Shown here: piece after piece, positions 9,687-20,772 of the stretch
Position numbering within the stretch: position 1 is the stretch's first letter
How the letters are laid out: every line of letters begins with the position of its first letter
IMG/VR virus record: IMGVR_UViG_3300023174_000036
Coordinates: 186,001 to 250,000 of that record
DNA length: 64,000 nucleotides
Strand: one strand, 5' to 3'
The notes under the pieces: generated by a model
The model's input: only the letters and a program-made list of their open reading frames with translations
The model's database searches: none
What the model was told of the DNA's origin: nothing
Translations under genes and position numbers: made by a program

Positions 9687-12600
9687 TATACTCTCCCCAC
9701 AGCAACTTGTATCATACCTGCTTCTCCGTAGTCTTTATCTTCCAGTGCTTTACCAATTACTGCACCCAAAGTAGGATTCAAAGCCTTAACAGCATAACCA
9801 GCAGTGGCACTGGTGGTCAGCATGTCACCTTTCTTAACACGCCCAATAACTTTTACTGGCACACGACCGGCCAGTGCAATACACACCTTAATGCCAGTTT
9901 GCTCACCGTTCATCACATACGCTGGGTTGGCACTGACCACGCCAGCTGAACGTGTATCGTTTATTTGTGTTGTGACAGTGACTTCTTTGTCACCACCGAA
10001 CACCAACACTGTGCCTTCTTCGTAATCCTGGTCGCCTTCATAATATTCTGCCAAGTCGGCATAGGTAGCTTGTAGTCTACTTGCACCATCCAGTCTCCAA
10101 CGTCCAGTCATAACACCTGGAATAGTGTCGCCGCCTGTGGTCAGTGACAAGGATTTTAGTGTACCTAGACTAAAGTCAATTTGACTTGATGCCTGTATTG
10201 CCCACCATCCGTTAATACTTGCACTGCCTGCGTTAGGGCCACTTGGTGCTCCTGATTTGTCAGTGGTCAACAAGTTGGTTTTTAATGTACCATTGCTGAC
10301 ATCCAATGTACCAAACACAGTCATGTTGGAATTACTTGACGTTGTTCCCAGCACAGTCATGTAATCAAATCCGCCAGGTGTAGTAAATGTATTAGTTAAA
10401 GATGTAATTCCTAATGCTTTGTATCCACCTATCTTTATATAGTTGACATCAATGCCGCCTGAACTGTCTGTTTTAACAAGACTGTTAACAGCTCGTGTGG
10501 TAGTAATGCCTGTTACCGCATACACATTGTTTGCCACGTTTACGCCATCAAATGCCACTGTCACAGCACCGCTGGCATTGAATAACGAATTAGTAAGTCC
10601 ACCTGCATCTCCCACTACCTGTGCAGGAGTTAATTCAACAGGACTTGCAGTGGACCCGCTTCTGTTACCCAGTATGGTTCCGTTACTGATCTGCTGAATT
10701 TTACTCAACGTTACGCCAGTGCTTGCACTGGAGCTTGTTCGTAAACTGGCCCAGCCGTTAAACAATGTAAATTCGTTAGAGTTAAAACTGGACACGCCAT
10801 TGCTTGACTGTATTGAAGCCGCATTGCCACTTGGCGCTGATCCAGATACTCCGGCAATGGTCATTGACAACTTGCTTTGCAGAATACCAGCACTGGGTGA
10901 AATTTGTGTATTGACAATTGAACTTGGTTGTATAACAGCAGACAACACTCCAGTGCTAGTGTTAAAATCAAGATTTACGTCACCAGTAATGGTTTTATTT
11001 TTCCATTTGCTCACTGTTTGGTCGTACACAAGAATGTTATTTGTTGACGGCCCCACCACGGTGGTATCAATCAACTTATTAATAGCATTGTATGCCAGTA
11101 CTCTGCCATCAACATATAATTTATTTGCGGCTTCGTAGTCAGTGCCTGGTGTACCCAAGTTAACAATATTAAAATTGCCCATGTTGAAAGTGGATTTCAT
11201 GGCCAACGTGCCGTTTAATGGCACATATCCTGAACCAATCAAACTTGCAAGTGCAACCGGACTGCCTCCGTGGTCAATGCCCAAACGTTTATCAATGTAA
11301 CTTCTAATAGCACTTTGTACAGGAACAGTGTCACTGGCGTTGTTGGTCATGCTTGGATCAGTTGAAAATTCACTGACCACAACACCACGTTTGAATCCCA
11401 ATCCGTCCAAGTTACTCAACGCAATACTTGCGGAGAATGTAACTGATCCAGTTCCTTGGTCAACTGTAAAGAAACGTCCCACACGGAAGATACCGTTTTG
11501 GTCAGTGGTCACATAGAACACACGACCCACGCCTTCTTCTTTAATTTCTTGAGATTGTTGATAAACTTTGGCAGGGTTACCGTAAATCACAGTTGGCCAG
11601 TTGGTAGTGGTATAACTACCAGTTCCAATGTCTAGTAAATCATGACCAGTAACACGACAAGTACTAATACGTGTAGTAACTTGAGCTGATGAATTTATAG
11701 GATATCCTGCTCTTAAAGTCACTGCGGTTCCGGTACTGAATGGTTTGCTGATACCCAATTGAGTACTGGTTCCGCTAGTCACTGACAATATCACTGTGGT
11801 GGGCGTACTGGTACTCCATGTTCCTGGATTAAAATTATAAATTAATCTAATATTAGTTGTTGTTGATCCAGTGGTGTCGACTTTGTAAAAACCATTATAC
11901 AGTGTATTTGTGTTACCAGTAACTTGATACCACGTGCCAGCTGTTGGTACTGCACCGGAATTTATAGTTAAGTTAACTGTGTATGGTCCGCTTCCGGCAA
12001 TGCTGCCAAATCCACTAACGGTCCTACTAGCGCCCACAGTAAATGCACCAGGATCACTAGCATAAATTAACCCCAATCTAGTTGTTATGTTACCTGCTGT
12101 CACTGTAGAATTAATCTGAGGCGATTCAGAAAGAACTGGAGTTAATACTGCATCGCCATAGCTGACTGTAACGTTAGGAGCACTGCTGTATCCGTATCCT
12201 GGACTAACAATAGTTACTGATTGAATACTGCCGTTTGCAACTACGCAAGTAGCAATAGCCTGTACCAATGCGCCACCACCCGATATTTCAATTTGAGGAA
12301 CTACGGTATAGTTAGTTCCGGGATTACTGATAGTCAATCCTGACAAGTATGCTACCAGTGTTGACACAATGCTACTTCCGCTTGGAATCCAAGCCGCTGG
12401 ACTGACTGTGAATAATGTAGAACTGTCAATGCTTTGAATAACACAAGTACTAGGCACATATGTACCAGTTGCAGAACTAGAAATAACCATACCCACTGAT
12501 AATGCACTAGTGCTGGCAATAGAAATTTGTGTTTTACTTATAACCGACAACACTTGATATGTGCCATTATAACTGGCGTTTGCTTGATTGGCAATTGTTA

Positions 12601-15600
12601 AATAACTGTCCACCACAGGCAATGTGGTAGTAAATGGCACATCAAAAAACACTTGAGTATAATTTGTGTTAGTAGGCCCACTAACTTTTGAGTTGTAATT
12701 CAATGATGATACACCAGTACCGTCAGCTGAGTTATTCAGTACAGCATTGGGATCTATACTCAAATATCCGTTTTTACTAACACCAAATGTAATGGTACCA
12801 GCAGGTGTGGTATTTGCTATAGCACTTAGCGTAACAGTTGCGGTTATGGTTCCAGTTCCAGTCAATGTGACATTTGAAACAGTTTGTCCACTGCTGAACC
12901 CAGTACCAGTGACAACATCGCCAATGTCAATACTTCCTGCCACGTTGGTTACAATTAATCTAAGTGTTGCATCATCGTAGCTACTGAATGCCCCAGTTGC
13001 AATAAACAACGGCGGAGTATAACCAGTGATACGGTGAACTCGTCCATTCCAGCCAGCCAAAAAGATTCCCTTGTTCAATTGGTCAATTTGGCTTTGCTGA
13101 CTGATTTGCAACACTGCTATTTTATTATCACCAACTTTACTACCCTGTGTTTTATTAGAATCACTAGGATCCAATTGGGTAATATTTGTGCCATCAGTTG
13201 TGAATTTATAATAGTTGAATGAACTATCACTTTGTAGAACAGCAACGTTTGCTGGCAACAATTCGCCTGTTGATTCTGTCAAGTTATAAGCAATAATTCT
13301 ATAAATGTCGCCTAAGTTTTCACTGTACTGAACAGCAGTACTGGGTCTTGTTGGTTTGACGTTGTCGATATCATTAAATTTGATATTTTGATTAACACGA
13401 ATGGTCAGCATTTGTCCATCGTATAATGCGTATGCCAGTCCTGTGGTGATAGTGCTGTTTGTACCAGCGGTACTTAAATTTAATTTAAGTACGTTTTGCC
13501 CGTTGACTGTGATGGTGGTATGCTCAATAGTACTGATAAGGTATCGATAGATAGCACCGCCTGATGCGGAGTGATCAATCTCAATCTCAGCATTGTTTGG
13601 AGGAGTATATGTATAACCAATAATCCAAATTCCCAAGGCCTGAGCAGTGGCAGTTGGAGCCATCTGTGTTGAAACTAATCCCTGTTTGTATACCTGTGCA
13701 GTCTGGACCATGTCGTTGGCCAATTTTACAGAATCGGGCAATTCAGTCACATCGTAACCGCTGGATCTCAAACCGTAATTACCATGTGCATTGGAGCCTG
13801 CTACAGAACGAATTTGTCCGCCGTTGTTGGCCCAATAGTGAGTATGACAATAATATGTAAATGTTGAAACTTGTTCAGTTACGCCGCCGTTGGTGGCCAC
13901 AATCGCATAACCCAAGTCGTTAATCATAGCAAAGTCATTGGCCAACATTGATCGATTACCACCCATCTCAATGTTAATACTAGTGCCGCCGCCAGCATCT
14001 AAGTAACTGATGACTCCGTTTTGTATAGAAGTTTTTGCAGACACAATAGCGCCAGCATCCAGTATGCGTTGGCTATTTTGTCCAGCTGTGGTAGGTGCTG
14101 TTCTACTTGGCACAGTTCCGCCCACTGTTAATTTTAAGTTAGTGCTAGTTACTGTAGCAATTGCACTCATAACAACAATATTAGTTACTGGATCATATGA
14201 TACAATAGTTGTTCCTGAAGGTACACCGGCATTGACTGCGCTGGCAATTGTTGCTCCATTTATCAGTGCAGGATTGTATGACACGTTGGTTATGTTAGCA
14301 GATCCTGATGTAATAGTACCAATTATGGAATTATTAAAATTGCCATCCAATATGTAATCAATGGCCAAACTGGCCAAGTTAGCCAGTATAGTTCCTTGCG
14401 CTGAAGTGGCCACAGGCAAATTAGTAACTTGCGGAGATACATTTCCCACCGTTGGTGTAACAGTGGTATTTACTACCACTGACTTTACCAAAGATATCAG
14501 TTTAGAAATTGCAGGTGAATACAAGTACTCCAACCCTGCAATCTGACTAACACTGTTGCTGTAATAGAATTGTGCAATATCTCTAGTTGCACTGTTGCCG
14601 CCGTATAACAAATCATAAGTCATTGCATCGATCAAATACCCCATGCGCTGACTCAAATCAAATGCACTATATCCCAAGTATCCTCTAGTGGCAAAGTTAC
14701 TTGCAACCCATGCAACTAGCTCGTCTCGAATGAATTGTTTGTTGGCTTTTAATATGTTTACTGCCCGTGACACGTTAGTGGCCACACCAATGGGCTCTGG
14801 GAATGTGGCCGCAGGCAATGCTGCCAAGCCGGAAGATATCATGTCAGTGACAGTGGTCATCTGACTGGTTATGATACCACGAGAAGTACCATTTGAAATG
14901 GCTGCGTTCATCAAGTCTCGAGTTTTGTTTAACCCGGCCAGCAGATATGTCTGTTTAATTCCCACCACAACATTTGCAGTTTGAAGATAATACAATCCTG
15001 TTTTGATGCTTTGGAAATTAGATCCCAGTACTAAGTCATTGGTTAAATCGTCGATGCGCAAGCCAACAGCAGTTGAGAAATTAGCAGTGTTATAAATGTT
15101 AACAGTGTTGAATGGTGTTGACACATCCAATGTCAATACAACTGTGTATGTGGCTGGATCAAAACTAACAACATCGTTAACTTGGAAACGATTACCTTGC
15201 ACATAAAACACACAAGGTGCTTGTGGTGGACGAATGTCTAATCCACTGTTTACGGAACCAGTCACAGTTACAGTGATACCTGCATCGGCCACATTGGTAA
15301 TGGTGCCAAACAATCTACCAGCAAATCCGTCAACAAATTGGCCGCCCCTGAAGGCCTGTCGATTTACCGATTGACTAAAACTTGAACAAACTTGCCCATA
15401 AGGTGATTTGGTTTTAATTTGACCTTCTGGATCCAGCACCATGGCAAAACCACCATGCCCTTGGAATGTTATATTGCTAACTCTTACTGCATCTCCACAC
15501 AAAATAACGTCAATGTCTCGATTATTTTTGGCAGTGCTGGTTATGTCTAATGGATTGGTCAAATAATGTCTGCCGTAATTGTATGTTCCATACAAATGCC

Positions 15601-18600
15601 AATTGCCAGAAGCATAAGTTGTTTTGGCGGCAAACGGATAGATAACTGAGCAGTTCATGGTATTTCCTGCTACAGATTCAACTACAGCTTTACCAGGAGG
15701 AACGTTATTGTCTTGAACAATTTTTCCAATCCAATTGGCCTGGGCCTGCCCAGAACCCAACGTGATAATAATTTTATCTGTGGTACTGCCTAATGTAATG
15801 CTAGCGGCAGTTGCATAATCAACTGATGTATTGGTCAATCCAATTTGTAGTCCGTCGATAACCGCATCTCGATAAAAGAAAATCTTTCTCCAAGGAGATT
15901 GCGAAATTCTATCCAATGGACGAATAATTGTTCGACGGAATTCATCGCCTTTGATACTACAGTTAGCGGGCAAACGTATTGGGTAGTCTTCATAGTATAC
16001 TCCGCTTTCAACAAAAATAGTAATGTTGAGATCGTTAACAGTTTCACCAAATTCCATCTGCTCAGTTGTTTGAAAGAAAGCAGGTTTAGTTAATCTTACT
16101 TGAATAGAATCTGTACTTGCACCACTGCCTGGCAAATATTTCACAATAGTACCTGCCGCACCCGATGTACTACCTAACAATATCTTGGCAGGAATAATGT
16201 GAACGCTGCCTGGAGATCCTTGATCCACATAGCCGTTGCCGCCGTTGCCAAACACCACAGTGTATATGCCAGTGCCAAACGATGCCGCAGGAGCTGAACC
16301 ATATCCGTTAGTAATGATACTAAGGATAGTATTCATATTATTAGTCAGAGTGGTCTTTGCTGGTGCTGATGCAGTCAATGACACATTGAACACTTGAGTA
16401 ACCAATGATTGAAAACGAGTAGCGGAAGTTTGATTTAATACTTGCAATGCCAAATTCTTAGCAAACGTTAAACCATCAACAGTTTCTGTCAATTGTGTTG
16501 TGATAGCTAGTCTAGCACTGGCACTTTTGTAATAACTTTTACCAGCAGTAACAGTTTGATAATTGCCACCTGTTAGTAAATCAATGCGCATACCTTCAAT
16601 AATATAGCCAATATCTCTATAACAAGTTACTTCGTTATAATTAAATCCGCCTTTGTATTTTGCAGTTAAGTAGTTGACCACACTGGCTGATATTGATGCC
16701 TTGTTACCAATAATAGTTGTTCGTGCGGCTTTGTATACACTATCAAATCCATCTAAGGTTGGATACACATACACCAATGATGTGTTGTTTTGAATGATAG
16801 TTGAAATATTTGAAAATCTTTCATTAATGGTTGATTGTGCCGCGCTGCCGCCAACCCATATGATGTTAAATGTTTGACTAATATCACCTTGGAATGTAGG
16901 AGTTACTACTGAATTAGACGACACCAGTGATGCTATATTCTGTAAACGACCAATTGCTTGTGCATAGATGCTACGCTCAGTGCTTGACAGCGTTGATACT
17001 CCGTTGAGCCAGTACTCGTAACCAGTTGGCAAACTGCCTGAATTTCCACCATAGGTAATGTCATATGCAATTGCTTCTATAAAATAATTGAGTCTGCGTT
17101 TAAAAGATGCAACTCCTTCTGAGGGAACAAAAGTAGGAGTTTGTACCAGCTGCCAAACATATGTTTCTTCTACTAAGAAATTGCTGTTGGCCAGTAATGC
17201 TTGTCTAGCATAAGTATAACCTGCATCTAATCCAGATGGACTAACATATGTAGGAACAGATCGAGAACCAATACCCAATGTTAATATATTTTTTATTGTG
17301 TTGAAATTAGCAGTAATAATACCGTTTATAACATCGTTATTAATAACAGAAAAACTTGTGTTAGAATTAATGTATGCAGTGGCCGCTGTTTTTAATGCTG
17401 TTTTCTGAGACACAATATCAGTTCTTGCTGTTAGCAACACAGACGATACAGCACTGATTGTGGGAAGCACAACTGTGGGGGTTGGCACACTGTTTGCATT
17501 GACAATGCTAGCAATAGAAGCTATGTTTGTTGAAATACTGCCTGAAGCGGCTGAGCCGCCCAGCACAGTTTCGTTTGTGTATTGTCTAAAACTGGTTTGA
17601 TACACAGTTGCAGGCTGAGCATTGATAATAATGGCTTGTGCTAAATTATTTACGTAGTTGATAGCCGCAACCCATGATTCTTTTTCTGAACTTAATAATT
17701 GATAAACTCCACCCTGCCAGTATTGCAAACCAGTGTATACACTTTGCTGATTCCCACCATACATCAAATCGTATACTACACTCCAAACTATGTAGTTTAT
17801 ATCGCGTTCACTGCGTGTTTTGCTGTATGCGACTGTTGGAAAGTTTGCTTTTAAGTAAGCAGTAACTTCAGCTTGGATAAACGGTATGTTAGCCAACAAC
17901 AGATCTCTTGCACTAACTAATCCAGATGCAGTTCCTTGTAATCTTGGAAATGATACTGCTGGTATGTCACCTGTAGTCAACAAATTATTAATCAAGTTGA
18001 TATTATTAGTGATGGATGACACAGCGTTTGTACTCAACGCTACTGATGGTATTGCTACTAGAGTAGTTTGTAAATTTAATAATGTAGCTTTGATTTCGTC
18101 AAGGTCTAATCCGGTATTGTATTGACCAAACGCTAGTGCAACTTGTATGCTTTGGAAAGACCCTTGAAAAACTAGATCGTAACATATAGCGTCAATGACT
18201 GCACCAATGTAATTTTGTGCATTAACAGTGCTGTAACTGTAGGCTAAAATTATGTTTTTGGCATAGTCAATACCATCCAACAGCTGAGTTAATTGTTCTG
18301 TAACTAGGTCTATGTAAATAGGATTGAATAATTTAGAAGCCTGCGTTACTGAATTGTAATTTGTGTTTAATACCAAATCATAACCAATGCCATCTACAAT
18401 ATTGCTTATGATTGAGTTATAACGTGCTGAATCAATTGGAATATAATTTACATATTTTTTATTAAGATACGCAATCGTTTCGCTTTGAATAAAACTTTTG
18501 TTAAGACGCAACAATTCACTTGCGTGTTCGTAACCACTAACTCCAGCATTACCGCCACTCAGTGTCACACTTTGTATAGTGCTGAATGTTTGATTAACGC

Positions 18601-19558
18601 CAACTGTGTAAGCAATTTTTTGTCTATAAGGTCCTGGCTCAATGCTTGATAAGTTAATTAAACTTTCAGCGGCCAATGCGGCCTGGCCAACTGTTTTATA
18701 AGCATACTGCCAAAAACGTCCTTCTTTGCCCTCTGGGCTTTTTGTTTGATTGTCGTCACCACTAGTTGTTGATACAAACAAATTGATATTGCTGGAATAA
18801 CTGTTGTTATCCACATAGTATTTGGTGGCCGCTTGCAAATCGTTGGCGCCATTTGGCGTGCCAAAGCCCTCCAATGGAGCTGGATGATCGCTAAGAGTCA
18901 ATGGCCCAGTCATCTTGTCACCGCCGCGATACACTGTATCTTTGCGTTGCATTACCTCAGTAGATACATAATTACCAGTCAAAGTTTTATCGTAATCTGG
19001 GTCATTGATTTGAGGAATAGCTGGTTCATTTCTTGCTCTCAAAGCATCAGTAATATATCCATTTGAAACAGCAACATAATGACTGTCTGCATAGCCTTTG
19101 TTAATGGCCAGTTGTGAAAGAGTAGTTGACACACCCAAGCTGGCGTAGGATGCATTGAACGCATCAACTAAGGCCTGACTGGGATTTGCTAATCGAGCAA
19201 TAGTAAAATTATTTGCATTTAAGTTCAGTCCTAGGCTAGGTGCGCTATCGCCGATCAATCCCGCCGTAGTCGATCTAATAGTTACACTAGCGTTATTAGT
19301 TTTATCAATTGCAATACCAGCACCAGCCACTAGGTCTCTAGCAGTTAATGTTGTCCCGGTAGTGTCAGACATGATTACTTGATTAGCGGAATAACTGGTA
19401 GGAGTATCTCCCAAATCGGTAAATCTAATAGTACCGCCTAGTCCAAAGACTGAGTAAATTTCATTAAAGTTTTCATTTACTTTACGGAAAGATTCGCGAA
19501 TACTGTCGCCCGTACCGTCATTACCTTGTACGCCAATGTCAATTAGTTGTTGTGTCAT
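9686..19558 (-). CDS. Giant baseplate/tail protein with C-terminal intramolecular-chaperone (peptidase G2/IMC-like) domain
   Basis: 3290 aa; N-terminal NDGTGDSIRESFRKVNENF; 'AATKYYVD' fibre motifs; about 7 helical 'D...YDL..GGN' repeats; C-terminal YADLAEYY...ALAGRVPVKV...IGKALE. Confidence 0.8.
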   Translation of the reverse strand: MTQQLIDIGVQGNDGTGDSIRESFRKVNENFNEIYSVFGLGGTIRFTDLGDTPTSYSANQVIMSDTTGTTLTARDLVAGAGIAIDKTNNASVTIRSTTAGLIGDSAPSLGLNLNANNFTIARLANPSQALVDAFNASYASLGVSTTLSQLAINKGYADSHYVAVSNGYITDALRARNEPAIPQINDPDYDKTLTGNYVSTEVMQRKDTVYRGGDKMTGPLTLSDHPAPLEGFGTPNGANDLQAATKYYVDNNSYSSNINLFVSTTSGDDNQTKSPEGKEGRFWQYAYKTVGQAALAAESLINLSSIEPGPYRQKIAYTVGVNQTFSTIQSVTLSGGNAGVSGYEHASELLRLNKSFIQSETIAYLNKKYVNYIPIDSARYNSIISNIVDGIGYDLVLNTNYNSVTQASKLFNPIYIDLVTEQLTQLLDGIDYAKNIILAYSYSTVNAQNYIGAVIDAICYDLVFQGSFQSIQVALAFGQYNTGLDLDEIKATLLNLQTTLVAIPSVALSTNAVSSITNNINLINNLLTTGDIPAVSFPRLQGTASGLVSARDLLLANIPFIQAEVTAYLKANFPTVAYSKTRSERDINYIVWSVVYDLMYGGNQQSVYTGLQYWQGGVYQLLSSEKESWVAAINYVNNLAQAIIINAQPATVYQTSFRQYTNETVLGGSAASGSISTNIASIASIVNANSVPTPTVVLPTISAVSSVLLTARTDIVSQKTALKTAATAYINSNTSFSVINNDVINGIITANFNTIKNILTLGIGSRSVPTYVSPSGLDAGYTYARQALLANSNFLVEETYVWQLVQTPTFVPSEGVASFKRRLNYFIEAIAYDITYGGNSGSLPTGYEYWLNGVSTLSSTERSIYAQAIGRLQNIASLVSSNSVVTPTFQGDISQTFNIIWVGGSAAQSTINERFSNISTIIQNNTSLVYVYPTLDGFDSVYKAARTTIIGNKASISASVVNYLTAKYKGGFNYNEVTCYRDIGYIIEGMRIDLLTGGNYQTVTAGKSYYKSASARLAITTQLTETVDGLTFAKNLALQVLNQTSATRFQSLVTQVFNVSLTASAPAKTTLTNNMNTILSIITNGYGSAPAASFGTGIYTVVFGNGGNGYVDQGSPGSVHIIPAKILLGSTSGAAGTIVKYLPGSGASTDSIQVRLTKPAFFQTTEQMEFGETVNDLNITIFVESGVYYEDYPIRLPANCSIKGDEFRRTIIRPLDRISQSPWRKIFFYRDAVIDGLQIGLTNTSVDYATAASITLGSTTDKIIITLGSGQAQANWIGKIVQDNNVPPGKAVVESVAGNTMNCSVIYPFAAKTTYASGNWHLYGTYNYGRHYLTNPLDITSTAKNNRDIDVILCGDAVRVSNITFQGHGGFAMVLDPEGQIKTKSPYGQVCSSFSQSVNRQAFRGGQFVDGFAGRLFGTITNVADAGITVTVTGSVNSGLDIRPPQAPCVFYVQGNRFQVNDVVSFDPATYTVVLTLDVSTPFNTVNIYNTANFSTAVGLRIDDLTNDLVLGSNFQSIKTGLYYLQTANVVVGIKQTYLLAGLNKTRDLMNAAISNGTSRGIITSQMTTVTDMISSGLAALPAATFPEPIGVATNVSRAVNILKANKQFIRDELVAWVASNFATRGYLGYSAFDLSQRMGYLIDAMTYDLLYGGNSATRDIAQFYYSNSVSQIAGLEYLYSPAISKLISLVKSVVVNTTVTPTVGNVSPQVTNLPVATSAQGTILANLASLAIDYILDGNFNNSIIGTITSGSANITNVSYNPALINGATIASAVNAGVPSGTTIVSYDPVTNIVVMSAIATVTSTNLKLTVGGTVPSRTAPTTAGQNSQRILDAGAIVSAKTSIQNGVISYLDAGGGTSINIEMGGNRSMLANDFAMINDLGYAIVATNGGVTEQVSTFTYYCHTHYWANNGGQIRSVAGSNAHGNYGLRSSGYDVTELPDSVKLANDMVQTAQVYKQGLVSTQMAPTATAQALGIWIIGYTYTPPNNAEIEIDHSASGGAIYRYLISTIEHTTITVNGQNVLKLNLSTAGTNSTITTGLAYALYDGQMLTIRVNQNIKFNDIDNVKPTRPSTAVQYSENLGDIYRIIAYNLTESTGELLPANVAVLQSDSSFNYYKFTTDGTNITQLDPSDSNKTQGSKVGDNKIAVLQISQQSQIDQLNKGIFLAGWNGRVHRITGYTPPLFIATGAFSSYDDATLRLIVTNVAGSIDIGDVVTGTGFSSGQTVSNVTLTGTGTITATVTLSAIANTTPAGTITFGVSKNGYLSIDPNAVLNNSADGTGVSSLNYNSKVSGPTNTNYTQVFFDVPFTTTLPVVDSYLTIANQANASYNGTYQVLSVISKTQISIASTSALSVGMVISSSATGTYVPSTCVIQSIDSSTLFTVSPAAWIPSGSSIVSTLVAYLSGLTISNPGTNYTVVPQIEISGGGALVQAIATCVVANGSIQSVTIVSPGYGYSSAPNVTVSYGDAVLTPVLSESPQINSTVTAGNITTRLGLIYASDPGAFTVGASRTVSGFGSIAGSGPYTVNLTINSGAVPTAGTWYQVTGNTNTLYNGFYKVDTTGSTTTNIRLIYNFNPGTWSTSTPTTVILSVTSGTSTQLGISKPFSTGTAVTLRAGYPINSSAQVTTRISTCRVTGHDLLDIGTGSYTTTNWPTVIYGNPAKVYQQSQEIKEEGVGRVFYVTTDQNGIFRVGRFFTVDQGTGSVTFSASIALSNLDGLGFKRGVVVSEFSTDPSMTNNASDTVPVQSAIRSYIDKRLGIDHGGSPVALASLIGSGYVPLNGTLAMKSTFNMGNFNIVNLGTPGTDYEAANKLYVDGRVLAYNAINKLIDTTVVGPSTNNILVYDQTVSKWKNKTITGDVNLDFNTSTGVLSAVIQPSSIVNTQISPSAGILQSKLSMTIAGVSGSAPSGNAASIQSSNGVSSFNSNEFTLFNGWASLRTSSSASTGVTLSKIQQISNGTILGNRSGSTASPVELTPAQVVGDAGGLTNSLFNASGAVTVAFDGVNVANNVYAVTGITTTRAVNSLVKTDSSGGIDVNYIKIGGYKALGITSLTNTFTTPGGFDYMTVLGTTSSNSNMTVFGTLDVSNGTLKTNLLTTDKSGAPSGPNAGSASINGWWAIQASSQIDFSLGTLKSLSLTTGGDTIPGVMTGRWRLDGASRLQATYADLAEYYEGDQDYEEGTVLVFGGDKEVTVTTQINDTRSAGVVSANPAYVMNGEQTGIKVCIALAGRVPVKVIGRVKKGDMLTTSATAGYAVKALNPTLGAVIGKALEDKDYGEAGMIQVAVGRV

Positions 19559-19564
19559 TTGTCT

Positions 19565-19888
19565 TTAAACTCCGAAACTTGAACCGCACCCGCAAGTTGT
19601 GGTTGCGTTGGGGTTCTTTATGCTGAATGAACTGCCCTGTAAATCTTCTTTATAATCTATTTCTGCACCTGATAGATACTGCATACTCATTGCATCCACA
19701 AGTACACGAAACTCGTCCAGTGGAACTTCAAAATCATCTTCGTTTGCCACATCATCAAAAGTAAACCCGTAGCTAAAACCGCTACAGCCACCGCCTTGCA
19801 CAAATGTGCGTAATGCTAGTTTGGGATTGTTCTCTTCCGAGAGTAAATCTTTAATTTTTGTCTTTGCTGACTGAGAAATAGTGATCAT
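19565..19888 (-). CDS. erpA: A-type Fe-S cluster carrier (IscA/ErpA/HesB family)
   Basis: GGGCSGF and CGCGSSF motifs; start moved to MITISQ (AAGGA SD). Confidence 0.9.
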   Translation of the reverse strand: MITISQSAKTKIKDLLSEENNPKLALRTFVQGGGCSGFSYGFTFDDVANEDDFEVPLDEFRVLVDAMSMQYLSGAEIDYKEDLQGSSFSIKNPNATTTCGCGSSFGV

Positions 19889-19893
19889 ATTTG

Positions 19894-19919
19894 TCCTTGA
19901 TTGAATATTTATCAAAGGA
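19894..19919 (-). promoter_or_regulatory. Hairpin sequestering the erpA SD with a TAAATA late promoter in the loop
   Basis: Minus strand TCCTTTGAT-AAATATTCA-ATCAAGGA; 8 bp with one bulge; TAAATA at 19906-19911. Confidence 0.5.
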
Positions 19920-19946
19920 TTTTATAACCTTAATGTAAATACAGTT

Positions 19947-20234
19947 ATGTATATTGGAACTGAATTTAGAATAAACCAGCACATACGCACCAGTAAGAAG
20001 GGTAAGACACATTCTTATAGCCGTAAAGTAACAGTGGTTGTGTTCAAGTGCGATTCGTGTCACGGAGTATTCAACCGAGAAAAAGGATCCATGGATCCCA
20101 AACGATTAAACAACAATTTTTATCATGTGTGCGGGGATTGTGACCCTAAGAAATTTGCACAGATGAAAGGGGTAGAAGCACGTAAAGTGTGGGACATGCC
20201 TGTAAGCAGTCTTAAGACACTCGACCAATTCTAG
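19947..20234 (+). CDS. Small Zn-ribbon-like protein
   Basis: CDSC...CGDC pairs; TAAATA 5 nt upstream of the ATG. Confidence 0.65.
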   Translation: MYIGTEFRINQHIRTSKKGKTHSYSRKVTVVVFKCDSCHGVFNREKGSMDPKRLNNNFYHVCGDCDPKKFAQMKGVEARKVWDMPVSSLKTLDQF

Positions 20235-20772
20235 AACTAATCAAGTTCCAGTTGATAATTTTCCACTGGTTATTAAGATAACCCTTCTTGTCAGCTTGAT
20301 AATCAAGAGCCCACGCATGTTCCCACCAGTCGATCAATAGTATAATATCCATCTTAATTTCGTGATTCTTAATGGTTTTAATACTGCCATCTCTAGCCAA
20401 GTAAGCCCAGCCACTGCCCTGTATTTTCATTGCTGTTTTAGAAAATTCGTCCTTGAATCTATCAAAACTTTTGAAATGTTTGTTGATAAAGTTTTCAGCA
20501 ATGTGCTCAGGTTTGTTAGAGTTGGTAGGAGATTGGAATTGTCTAAAATATATGTCGTGTAAAAAAGCACCAGCTTCGTTGAAATCCGGGTCGCCTTCGC
20601 CCTTGTTGTATCGATCCACATAGCCTTTATAAAGCTGGCCATAATGATAATCTATAGTTTTTTTGCTCAAACTTCGACCCAGCCCACCAGCGGCGTAGGG
20701 CAATGGTGCTTGTTCTAAGGTAGTGGGAGTTTTACCTTCATTTAGGGTCACATATTTGATAAAATTATACAT
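20212..20772 (-). CDS. sod: Fe/Mn superoxide dismutase
   Basis: LPY...YH...Y, FLH, GSGW and DWWEHA motifs; all four metal ligands are present. Confidence 0.9.
   Translation of the reverse strand: MYNFIKYVTLNEGKTPTTLEQAPLPYAAGGLGRSLSKKTIDYHYGQLYKGYVDRYNKGEGDPDFNEAGAFLHDIYFRQFQSPTNSNKPEHIAENFINKHFKSFDRFKDEFSKTAMKIQGSGWAYLARDGSIKTIKNHEIKMDIILLIDWWEHAWALDYQADKKGYLNNQWKIINWNLISSRIGRVS

Noticed and set aside
253-19066. Numerous plus-strand ORFs of 60-140 aa
   Set aside because: Antisense shadows of long minus-strand structural genes; no SD or recognisable motifs
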